Source: Azolla caroliniana
Lineage: Eukaryota > Plantae > Polypodiophyta
NCBI GenBank assembly: GCA_043228905.1
Contig: JBHGNT010000017.1
Coordinates: 2,294,001-2,358,000, forward strand
Direction of reading: 5' to 3'
DNA length: 64,000 nt
The notes under the pieces are model-generated. The model did not search any database. It had not been told where the DNA came from and was given only the letters and a program-made list of their open reading frames with translations. Numbering within the stretch: the stretch's first letter is position 1; every line of letters begins with the position of its first letter. The position numbers were made by a program, and so were the translations under genes. Of the stretch, positions 1 through 10,500 are shown piece by piece.

Positions 1-344
1 TCCAGGAGCAGTAACATATTCAAAAATCTATTATAGGCAGGGCTATTCAACCTAGAAAATATATATCGTAATAAGTAAAACGGGTTATATATTCTTTTAA
101 ATAGTAGGTATGACTTATATAGATTCTAAACCTATATTGAGGAGAATTTGCCATAGTGAAGGCAATTTGTAGATCATTTTCTACTATTTTAAGCTAAAGT
201 AGGTCATAAAACACCTATAATTAGAGCATGTATTTGTTTAAAAGTAAGTAAAGTCAACATAAAAAAGACTGATTTTGCCAGACAATTTGATATCATTTCC
301 ACCCCGTAAATGATTTTTCTCTCTTAAAGCCTTCTTATATACAG

Positions 345-572
345 GTACTCGATACGCCGTATCGAGTTCGTGTTTAAAGTGTAGGTTTTAAACATGAACT
401 CGATACGCCGTATCGAGTTCGTGTTTAAAGTATAGGTTTTAAACACGAACTCGATGCGTATCGAGTTCATGTATACAATACAAATATTTATACACGAACT
501 CGATACGCCGTATCGAGTTCGTGTATAAATATTTGTATTGTATACATGAACTCGATACGCCGTATCGAGTTC
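345..572. repeat. Array of 5 palindromic 25-bp units, GAACTCGATACG-N-CGTATCGAGTTC
   Basis: Units start near 345, 396, 447 (3 nt shorter), 496 and 548. Each has 12-bp inverted arms. The spacers either side of the unit at 496 are reverse complements of each other. Confidence 0.95.
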
Positions 573-622
573 TTGAGAAACGAAACATATTTACAAAAAT
601 GTCCACAGTGTCAGAGGCCTAC

Positions 623-657
623 CTGGACTCCTCGCGCACGATTCTCTTGGAAGACAT
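623..657 (-). CDS. Predicted first coding exon (MSSKRIVREES-R) of the ParB-methyltransferase gene of copy 1
   Basis: accATG at 657, then 35 nt, then a GTAGG donor. It is homologous to 11916-11950 in copy 2. TATAAATAG lies on the minus strand at 799-791. Confidence 0.6.
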
Positions 658-1019
658 GGTTGATCGTGTTGAAGTGGAGGCGGAGATCGCGCTTTCGTGC
701 TTTGTGCTCTGAGTGCTTTGTGTGCTCTGTGTGCTCTCTGCGTTCTGTACGCTCTGTACGCTCTGGTGAGTGAAATATGATGAGGTCTTCCTATTTATAG
801 GGATTGAACCCATGGTTAAAGTAACCATAGTCACCTTAACCAATGTTGGTAACTTTGAGGATAGTTAGTTTGTAACCATAGTCACATTAACTATAGTAAC
901 TTATGATTGTATTAATGATTACAAAGTCAAACTAACATATTGATCAATCTTTTATACTCATAACAACCTACAATCACTTCAAAGGTTATGAAGGAGACAA
1001 TGATAGAGGTTCATGAATG

Positions 1020-1197
1020 TACCAATGATTGATTACTAAAAGCAACAATTTTTATGACTCTCAAATGTTATGTATTAAAGATGTGGGCATGAATTAACCA
1101 ATGATTGATAAGTCTAATATTTAAAATGGTGAGCATTAAAGAACCAATGAGTGAGACGTTCTATATCAAAATGGGTGTCATTAATTAGCCAATGATT
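1020..1197 (+). promoter_or_regulatory. Repeated CCAAT-type motifs upstream of the transposase
   Basis: (A)ACCAATGA-like motifs near 1021, 1096, 1142 and 1187, with counterparts near 12316, 12391, 12436 and 12482 in copy 2. Function is inferred only. Confidence 0.35.
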
Positions 1198-1470
1198 TTA
1201 ACATTAATCCAACATATTCAAGGCTTGTTAATGATTCGTTTTATATTTTACTTGATTTAACATCATTTAGATCTAGTTTATATAATGATTGATAATTTAA
1301 GTTAAATTACTTTATTAAAAATAATTTTTAGATGTATTGTATTAATAGAATATTACATAATATAGACATTCTATTGATTTGGCTTTTGTTTAGAGAGAAG
1401 TTTATGTTTAGGGAGGAGTATATGGTTAGAGAGGAGTATAACTTAGAGAGCCCTATCTAGACCTTAAGCC

Positions 1471-4251
1471 ATGAGTGAAGATTCACCGTTCTCGATTGAA
1501 GAATATTGTTTGTCATCAGACCCATCGTTTTCTACTGAAGAGTATTGTTTGTCAACAGAGTCACCATATTCGATTGAAGAATATTGTCTTTCGACCGACT
1601 CACCATATTCTATCGAAGAATATTGTCTGAGCTCATCTACAGGGAATGTAAATAATGACACATGTGAAGAGTTCTCTATTGAAGAATACGATATTAATAA
1701 AGATACCGAGAATGAAGGAAGTGCCCAGGAAACATTGAATAACATTGGCGATGGTCAGAATAGAGAATTAGACTGTAACAAGGTTACACCAACCTCTATG
1801 CAGGAAGAGAAATCTGGGAGCCCTATGCATATTAGAAGAATCCCACGAAGAATTCGTCTGGCTAGATTTAGCTTGGTGACATCAGATAAACAGATTGGAT
1901 TTGATGTCAACAAAATATGTTGTGCCCGTGGTTGTATGTCTATGATTGGAAAATCAAAGTTGCGAGAATTAAGGCGATACTATTTTTCGATGACCGGTGA
2001 TGAGCAAGACACTTACCTCGGATCACATATGCAACTAGTATCTGACAAATGTACGGGGATCAAAGTATCATTCGAGTATTATATCTTCCATGCGCAACAG
2101 ATATGTAGAGTTGCATTCAAAATTGTGTTATGTGTTAGTAACATGCGGCTACATAGAGTACAACAACGTCTACTTAGCGGGGATCAGATGCTCAATTGTA
2201 AAGAGGTTCCAAGTATGAAAGGTGCAATTGGAAGACTAGCTATTGGCTGGATGAAAACTTACTTTCAGTTAAATTGTGAAGTAATGCCCACTACAGGTAG
2301 GATGCATCTTTCTGATAATTATACCCGTCGGGAAGTTTATGATGTCTATCGATCTGAAATGCTGGGCTCACGTAATAAGTCTATCACCTATAGCCAATTC
2401 ACAAGATTATGGAGAGCTCGGTTTTCAAATGTTATTATTCCTCGTAAAGTACGTATGGGTTATTGCTCCATTTGTGCAAATCTTAAAAGTTTGGCTAAAG
2501 GTGCAAAGACATCAATGGAAAAGGATACGAGTAAGAAGTTACTACAAGAGCATCGTGAGGCACAATCGTTAGAACGAAGGAAGGCGATGCATCATAGAGA
2601 GAAGTGTTTGAAGAGGCCTGAACAATACATGTGCTTAATGATAGATGGCATGGACCAGAAGAAGACATGCTTGCCGCATATGCGGAGGCTCCCCAAAGAT
2701 GTCAATGATGAGTGCCTTGTTCAAATGCACTTGGTGGGATGCTTGGCTTATAATAGGTCTGTTCGACCTCACGTCTTCATTACTTACCCCAATGTTCACA
2801 ATGAACCTAACCTAACAGTTACAATGATTCACCGAGTTTTGATGTCTTGGGGACAACCTTTCCCCCCTGTTCTATACATTCAATTGGACAATACTGCTAG
2901 AGAGAACAAAAATTCAACTGTATTTGGCTATCTAAGTATGTTGGTCAACCTAGAATTGTTTAGGAAAGTGAAAGTCAATTTTCTTTTGGTTGGCCACACA
3001 CATGACCATATAGATCAGATGTTTAGCACATTCTCCAGACAGTTGTCTCGGCATGATGCTTTCACTTTACCTAAACTATTTGATGTCATTTGTGATGCAT
3101 ATACACCACGCCCAAAAGTGTTACACTTGAAGGAGGTATATGACTTTAAGGGATATATATTAGATGGGGGTGGTGGGAATGTTAAAGTGCTTGCTCAGTT
3201 AAACAATATAAGTTTCAATCACATTTTTTTGATAAAGAAAAATGGAATAAGTGGTTCTACACTTTTGTATGCTAAACAATATTCATCTTCTACAACATGG
3301 GAACCTGAAGGTGGTTGCCAGTTATTACTTTGTATGCCGAGTACAATTGTCCATGGAGCTAAGCAAATGCCAATTGAGAAGAAAGGACAGTTGCAGAGCG
3401 ACTTGGTATCAGAACAAAAACGGTCATGGCTCCAAGCCTTAGAAGAAAAAAGAAAACATATTGAGGCCGCCAAGAAATATGCCGCACAACAAGACACGTC
3501 ATGGTGGGATGTATTTTATAGTGATCAGAAAGAAATTATAGACAATTGTGTATCTGTTGATAATTGGAATTTGGAAACGCCATTCACATGGTCGCTGCAA
3601 CATGATCGCGTAAATAGAAGTCCGGAGCGACTAGTAAATGCGATTAATGACAGCTTGGTCCATCCACAACAAAGAGACATTTATGTGGGACCAAGGATGA
3701 CCAAAGCAGCCGAAGCTAGATGGCAAGGAAATTTGCAAGAGCTCACCGCGGGGATGTTGATTGCAACGCCGGCTGATGAGAACTCACATGGCCACCAATT
3801 TTGGGTTGGTAAAATTCTAGAAGTGCTAATGCATGAAATAGAAAACACGATCAAGTCTATAAATGTTCATTGGTACAACACTAGAAGTGCAAATGCTTTT
3901 ACAGGTAAGTATACATTGGAGATGATTGAATGCCAAACAAGAAGGGGAGGTAGGAAGAGGAAGCGAAACATTCGTAACACCTCGACCCCTGATATCTCTG
4001 ATGTGGATATCATCGTGTACGACTTCACACTTACAAAAGCCGGACGATTAAGGAAGTCAACAATAGATATAATAAAAGAAAAATTACCAGGTCTACAAGG
4101 TGGCTCGAGTCAAAGGCAAACGAGATCTGCTACATATAATCTAGAATCAAACCATTTGGTTTATGACGAAGATAATGCACTGATTGGTACATCCGAGGAT
4201 GATGAGGAGGAATCGTCATTGTATATTAGTTATAGTAGTGATTCTCCGTAA
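1471..4251 (+). CDS. Intact 926-aa DDD-type transposase (Sola-like)
   Basis: Uninterrupted ORF with Cys motifs (CCARGC, CSIC) and catalytic-type motifs IDGMDQ, QLDNTARENKN and FLLVGHTHDHIDQMFS, which resemble the Sola DN..NKN / GH[ST]...D core. It lies inside a TIR-bounded element whose family makes a 4-bp TSD. Confidence 0.8.
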   Translation: MSEDSPFSIEEYCLSSDPSFSTEEYCLSTESPYSIEEYCLSTDSPYSIEEYCLSSSTGNVNNDTCEEFSIEEYDINKDTENEGSAQETLNNIGDGQNRELDCNKVTPTSMQEEKSGSPMHIRRIPRRIRLARFSLVTSDKQIGFDVNKICCARGCMSMIGKSKLRELRRYYFSMTGDEQDTYLGSHMQLVSDKCTGIKVSFEYYIFHAQQICRVAFKIVLCVSNMRLHRVQQRLLSGDQMLNCKEVPSMKGAIGRLAIGWMKTYFQLNCEVMPTTGRMHLSDNYTRREVYDVYRSEMLGSRNKSITYSQFTRLWRARFSNVIIPRKVRMGYCSICANLKSLAKGAKTSMEKDTSKKLLQEHREAQSLERRKAMHHREKCLKRPEQYMCLMIDGMDQKKTCLPHMRRLPKDVNDECLVQMHLVGCLAYNRSVRPHVFITYPNVHNEPNLTVTMIHRVLMSWGQPFPPVLYIQLDNTARENKNSTVFGYLSMLVNLELFRKVKVNFLLVGHTHDHIDQMFSTFSRQLSRHDAFTLPKLFDVICDAYTPRPKVLHLKEVYDFKGYILDGGGGNVKVLAQLNNISFNHIFLIKKNGISGSTLLYAKQYSSSTTWEPEGGCQLLLCMPSTIVHGAKQMPIEKKGQLQSDLVSEQKRSWLQALEEKRKHIEAAKKYAAQQDTSWWDVFYSDQKEIIDNCVSVDNWNLETPFTWSLQHDRVNRSPERLVNAINDSLVHPQQRDIYVGPRMTKAAEARWQGNLQELTAGMLIATPADENSHGHQFWVGKILEVLMHEIENTIKSINVHWYNTRSANAFTGKYTLEMIECQTRRGGRKRKRNIRNTSTPDISDVDIIVYDFTLTKAGRLRKSTIDIIKEKLPGLQGGSSQRQTRSATYNLESNHLVYDEDNALIGTSEDDEEESSLYISYSSDSP

Positions 4252-4885
4252 AGGAGTGATCATGAATGTATATTTGGCTATTAAGTGTAACTACATTCCG
4301 CTTGTAATAAATCGAGTAATATAAAATCATGTGTTTTGAATTCTTATGATTTCCCAAAAATCGTTTCTTATAAAATAACATTGGTTGTAAAGTTTGTGAT
4401 ATAAATTGAGAATGTATGTTTTTGAAATTCGTCTTTTTTTAGTTACTTCTAAATCACGAAAATAGTGGATTTTTAACCTTTTTCATAGTATGTTTGAACT
4501 TGTATGATACTGGTATCAATGTGTTTTGTAAAATCATTGAAAAACCCCTAAAATTTCCCTTATCCTTCCATTTATGCGCGATCCTTCCACTTGTGAACGC
4601 GAACGTGTTTAAAGACAAAATATGAGTTACAAAAGACAATAAGAAAAAGACAAAACAACAGTTACAAAGAACTAATGGCTAGTTGTTACTTCTTTGTATA
4701 TATATATATATGTATGAAGTATTGTTTAGAAAAGTTTGTGATACTACATCTAGAGTTTTCTGTAGGTTCTTACATTGTAAAACACCTATCTTAATATAAT
4801 ATGTTACCTTATTGTACATCCTTCGAAAACTCTCTCTCGTTCTCTGTTGTCAATCCAACCCATTATATTCTGAACTTTTCTTACA

Positions 4886-5236
4886 GTCTACATTCTCAAT
4901 CATGTGCTGAGTGCACGGATCTACTTTGATGTGTCCATGAACAATCTGGAAGGCGAAATTCCAAAGAGCTTCGGTGAGCTGCAAGGTTTGACAGGAGCCA
5001 ACCTGTCCCACAACCGCATCAACGGCACAATACCTGCGGCTACATTCGGGAGATTGATGTAGTTGGAGGAGTTGGACCTCTCCTACAACCAGCTCAAAGG
5101 TGGCATCCCACAAGATCTCACGTCTCTGGACATCCTCTCTACTCTAAACCTCGCCCACAACCAACTAGAAGGACCCATCCCCACATAGAACCACTTCAAT
5201 ACCAGGTTCACAAATGCGAGCTACGAGAACAACCCT
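4886..5236 (+). pseudogene. LRR receptor-like protein fragment (last LRRs), part 1
   Basis: Translates as FDVSMNNLEGEIPKSFGELQGLTGANLSHNRINGTIP...[43 protein letters not shown]...SYENNP, the plant extracellular LRR consensus with two stops. Confidence 0.88.
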
Positions 5237-5686
5237 AGAATTCGGCAACTATGTATACAAATAGAGAATGATTCCTAGAGAGAGAGATTACACATACATA
5301 AAATTTGTTCTATATTGATTGTGTAATGTTATAGTAGCCAAAATGGCTTGTTTGTAGAGACGATGGACAAAAAGTTGTCTCTTCAATGAAGAGTTTTCTC
5401 TAAAGTCTAATAATAAATAGCTCTTCGTAATTACTTATTTTTCTAATTAATAATAATATAATATTTAGGTTTAATATTTCTAACCCCCCCCTTAAGCTAA
5501 ATATTATTTTATTCAAAAGTATTGTCGTTTGAAGAATAGTTTGGCATTGTTAGACCAATCTTTCAGCAGCAAGCGACATGCTTTGTTAGAAAATCGGCCC
5601 CCATTAGTGTTGTAGATGCATACTTCAAATCTAGTTTCTTCTCTTCGATTAAGTCTTGTAGAAAATGGATGCTTCAAAGAGACATG

Positions 5687-6441
5687 TCAAATATTATCAC
5701 TCATTTTCGGATTACAAGCTAACTTTATACATGATTGATTATCACAATGAAGGATTAGCTTTGAAGTCTTAAACAAGTTAAGTTCTTCAAGTATAGAATG
5801 AACCCATATTCCATCTTGAGTAACGAGTGCGGCAACTACATATTCAGCTTCCGTTGAAGATAGAGCGACCATTGTTTGCTTCTTAGACCTCCATGCTATA
5901 ACGGCTCCGGTGAGACAATATACGAAGCCACTTGTTGACTTACAACCATCAATATCCCCTCCCCAATTTGAATCCGTCCAACTAGACAATTGTGATGGAT
6001 TAGTCCATCCTTCAAGATTCATGTTGACGGACTCTGATTGCGATCTAGAGTAAGTTAGCACCATATCTTTTGTTCATTTTAGGTAATGTAGTAGTTGTTT
6101 TAAAGCTTGCCAATGTTTCAGTCTGGGATCTTGCATAAATCTTGAAAGAATTCTAGCGGTGAAACATAAATCGAGACGTGTACAACTAACAAGGTAGCGT
6201 ATACATCCAAGAATTTGCTTGTAAGGAACATAATTTGAGCATTTCATCTCGTTCTTTAATAGTTCTTGAAGCATCTTCGATTGATAATTTGCATGGAGTT
6301 GACATGGTGTAGAGATAGGCTTGCAATGTAGCATGTCAAAACGTTTTAATACACTTTCAATGTATTGAGTTTGGGAAAGAGAAATGGTTCCTTTGGCACG
6401 ATCTCTTTGTAAGTTCATTCCAAGGAAATACTTCATTGGAC
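5687..6441 (-). pseudogene. Copia A RT C-terminus and RNase H
   Basis: LGPMKYFLG, YLVSCTRLDL, DSNWGGDIDGCKSTSG, ALSSTEAEY and CDNQSCIKLA motifs, with stops and frameshifts. Confidence 0.9.
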
Positions 6442-6824
6442 CAAGAACACGTTCGCGTTCACAAGTGGAAGGATTGCGCATTCCACTTGTGGAATCTTCT
6501 TGAAACTATCCAAATACACCTTCTCTACAAAAATTGGATGCACTAGTATCACATGTTCCACAACTTGACTAGAATTTGCAAATATAAAAATACATGATAG
6601 GTCTACAAGTGGAGATAATTAGAAATCATGCAAGTTTGGACGTGTTGATAAGTTAATGTAGGCATAGAAAAGTTCAACAATGGCGCAATATGTCACTAAT
6701 GTGCGACATGGGAAACACTAAGTTAAAGACTTATATTAATTTGGTAAGTTTTACAAAAATATGAGGTGTACTTGTATCCATACTAATAAAATGAGTTATA
6801 ATTTATACTTTGACCCATACGTGC

Positions 6825-7100
6825 ATGTATATAATTGTGGACAATGTAGGATAGTGCACTTTAGGATAATGTGATTGGAATAACTAACTTATTAAAGTAT
6901 TCAATACTTGTATTTAAAGTTGATCTAATCTATTCCTCAGTTTGTTTGTATGGGATCAAACCATATGTATATAATTGTGGACAATGTAAGACAGTGAACT
7001 TTAGGATAATGTGGTGAAAATAACAAACCTATTAAGGCTTTCATACTTGTATTAAAAATTGATCTACTCTATTGCTTAGGTGATTCACACAGGATCAAAC
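6825..7100. repeat. Degenerate tandem duplication of about 140 bp in the subterminal region
   Basis: atgtatataattgtggacaatgta...tttaggataatgtg...ttgatcta...ggatcaaa occurs near 6826 and again near 6966. Confidence 0.7.
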
Positions 7101-7532
7101 TCCGAACGATAACACTAGTGGAACTACAAACGTATAAAAACATGCGAATAACGCTACTGGAACCATCATTAACACACTACACAATCTAAGCAGCAATGGA
7201 ATAGAAACATAATAGTTTTAACAACAGAAGACAAAAATCCATAATAACAACATAGACAATCATGGCAACAATTCTACGACCATGTTATGTTAAGGTAAAC
7301 TTGGACCAAAATCAGTCTCAATTTAAACTAATTCATGTTTCTCCATAAATTTGGTAGTCAGTTATGCACACGGTGAAACCAATGTCATAAGTCTACTAAC
7401 CAAGTATATAAAAATAAAATTGAAACATATAGAAGATTATAAAGAATAGAATTCACCAAGTAAAACCCAAAATTTGTATTAATAATGTGAAATCCAAACA
7501 TATCGTCAATGTCATTTTCTTCATAGAGTCTA

Positions 7533-10500
7533 TTACATAGCAATCAATTCATCAATGTCATTTTCTTCATCATCCTGTGTAGAAGTCTCTTCGGCTATAC
7601 GTGCATTGGCTTCCCCTGTTAGCCGAGCCAACGAAATATCTTCTATAAGCTCATCATCAAGCTCTATTAGCTCCCCCGGTTCCCCGGCTAACGGAGGAAT
7701 AGGCTCTCGCGAAGCAGGTTGAAACCTTTCTGTATCAGCGAGGTTCTTTGCAGCAACCTCCTTGTCCTGGTCTGGGCACTCCCACAAAGCCTTAATCCTC
7801 ATGTTTATAAATATAACCTGCTCCTCGTCTTTCCCCAATGCAACCGTGTTTCTAAAGAGCTTCAATGCACATGCAGGCATCGTTCTTGTGAAGAAAGTAA
7901 CAAGAAGAATTAGTTCTCAAACAAAAAAGATTCGGTATTGTTTATCTCAAGATTGTTACCCTAGTTCATGGAATACCTGTGCCAGAAAAGAGATCTAATA
8001 TCTAGTCTCCTTCGATAGAAAACATCTCAATCAAGCGCATCATAAGTCGTCGAGGTTTTTGGTATGGGTTGACAAGTCCCCGTTCTGTCGTGGTGACATG
8101 TCGCAATTTTCGTGTCACTGTTGGATATACCAGCAAATTTGAACCTCCCACTTCATTAGAATGCTCCTTGATTCTTTGTTTCTTAATTTCATCGAAGTAG
8201 CCAACCATGATGTATTCAATGGCATTAACGAACCGAAAGGTTGGCCCTCTATTTACATTGGTTTTTATCCTATAAAAAATAATACATTGAGTTAAGAATA
8301 GATTGAACAATCTTAAGAAATGCAATATAGTGAATGAGACCTATAAATAATCCTTACCATGCAAGGTTCTCAATGCCATGGCAACGAGATCTCAAAGCTT
8401 GAGCTACCGAGTACCCTTGGTTCATACTATGAAATACAACTATTCTCCACAAGGATGCAATTGTTAGCTCAGCAAAATCCTTGACCATCTTCTCCAACTG
8501 TTTAAACCTAAACGGTTCATCGTCGTATGATGACCCATCCATTCGAAATCTGTAAGGAATATCCGCAATCATTAGCGTATATTCCTTCTTTGGCACCTTT
8601 TGGATCATGTCAACAACATCGCCGCAAACCACATTGTAGTAAAGATCTCTCGTAATATCTTTTTTGTGGCTAAATTGTTTAAAGGAGCCATCTTCCTCCA
8701 TTTCGTACGCCTTGACTAAGCGACGATCCTTTTCTTTTCTGGCCCTCTCGAGATGTGCAAGGAAGGATGTCGGGAAATCGTGTGTATCCTTAACTTCTCC
8801 TTGTTTCTTCCCACGACACAGTTTCTAATAGAAGCAATAGGACATCAAGTTTTATTATACAAGCTCTACATATGATGAAAGCGTAATGAAAAACTACCAA
8901 TACTATCCCAATCCTTGAATGCAATAAAATACTCCGATAATGCCTTATATGAAGACGTTAGAGGATAATCCTCGGTCACTTGTTCCCAAGTTATACATCC
9001 AAGTTGTTTCATCATAACTTCTTGGATCTTCATGTACACCTTATGATTGTGAAATTAGAACTTTGAATTGCACCATATAGACTTCAATATCAGTATTTGA
9101 AAGACTTACTTATTAAACTCAGTGACCATTTCTTCAAGGCTTAAATCTTTCACCACAACCCTTGACAAAATAGAACAAGAAGCTGCTCATCCTTAATACC
9201 TTGCATCGCTCTCCACAGAGACAGCTTCATGTCGTTAGCCGCTTCTTCAATTGTCAAGTCAATTTTCTTGGCCGCTTGTGACTTTAATTCTAGCTGAGGG
9301 TCAACCTTACATTTTTTTTGTCGTTGACCCTTGACCTCCTTATTCTCCCACATTGAGAAGATTTGATCCTGTAGGTCCCATACTTTTCCATCTCTAAAGG
9401 CTAGTTGAAACCAAGACTCATACTTTCGAAGACCATCGGACTTAACATTATCATCTACCACAATGCCGACTTCATGCAAGCATTGACGTCGTAGGCCTAG
9501 ATGTAGCTTCACACCAAACTTTTGTTTGACGTCCAAATACTCGTGGTGGAAGAACCGCATACGCTCAATCGATGACATTTTCTGCCTATAGTCATTATCA
9601 TTATTGTGGTCCCATGCCAACAACTTTGCCTCTTCAGTTGTGAGACCCACGTAAATTTTGCACTCGGCATACTTGAAGAAGAAAGTTGTTGGATGTTCTC
9701 TCACAAGTTGCCGACGTGCCTCCGCTGAATGCGATCCACTAATGACAAAGTAATTATATTGATCATGCTTTCTTATATCAAAATCTTCAATGGTTTCACA
9801 TTCTTCAGGATCCACCATAACAATAAAAGGCACCACAGTGGCATGATGATTAATTTTCATTTTTTTCTTGAGATTTTGAACATGCATGCGGTGTGGCTCT
9901 CTAATCTCCAGTGGTCTTCGTCCTATTTTTTCATCAATAGGGGGTCGATGGATGTGTGTTATAGGAAAATTAAACACTTGCCCTTTCTTGACCACTTTAC
10001 ACTGCATTAACTCTCTTCGTATCTTATTCTGCTCGGATGACAACACACCCGATGCCAGCTCAGCTCATGGCGTCCCCTTAGTGTCCTCATCTTCGTTTTC
10101 ACTTGATGAGTCAGAGTCTGACATTTTGGTGGTCTTGATTGTACTTTAGATGCCCTTTTTGTGGCCTTCATTGGGGAGGGCAATGGCTCCCTTAGAGTTA
10201 CATGGTCTTATATATAAGGCTTCAAGGTAACAATAAGGTTTTGTGAGTTTTCAAGATCTTTTTTGAAAGCTTCTAGCCCACAAGATTCCTTTCCTAGAAG
10301 ATCCTCAGAAAGGAACACTTTACGTACCCCCTTAGAGCACTCTATCATTATAAGTATGTTGGCTGAATTTGCATCTTCATAGTCAAATCGTAGAATACGA
10401 CCATACATAAATGGGGTTTCATTTTCAAGTTGCCCCTCGCCCTTCTTCTTTGATGTATACAATACGACTTTTTTCTTGGTATCGACGTATTGCATACACC

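Larger units (their letters stand above)
1..4609 (+). mobile_element. Sola-like DNA transposon, copy 1 (left part lies outside the window)
   Basis: Colinear with about 10870-15906 throughout. It ends in the same terminal sequence (...atccttccacttgtgaacgcgaacgtgtt, 4609), which is the reverse complement of the left TIR of copy 2 at 6446. Confidence 0.85.

Noticed and set aside
4614-4885. Possible LTR end (...CTTACA) between Sola-like copy 1 and the LRR fragment
   Set aside because: It looks LTR-like, but there is no partner LTR, PBS or TSD in the window.
7533-8701. Bacterial contamination as the source of the methyltransferase
   Set aside because: The gene has spliceosomal-type introns and lies within TIRs nested in a plant Copia element with a clean TSD.
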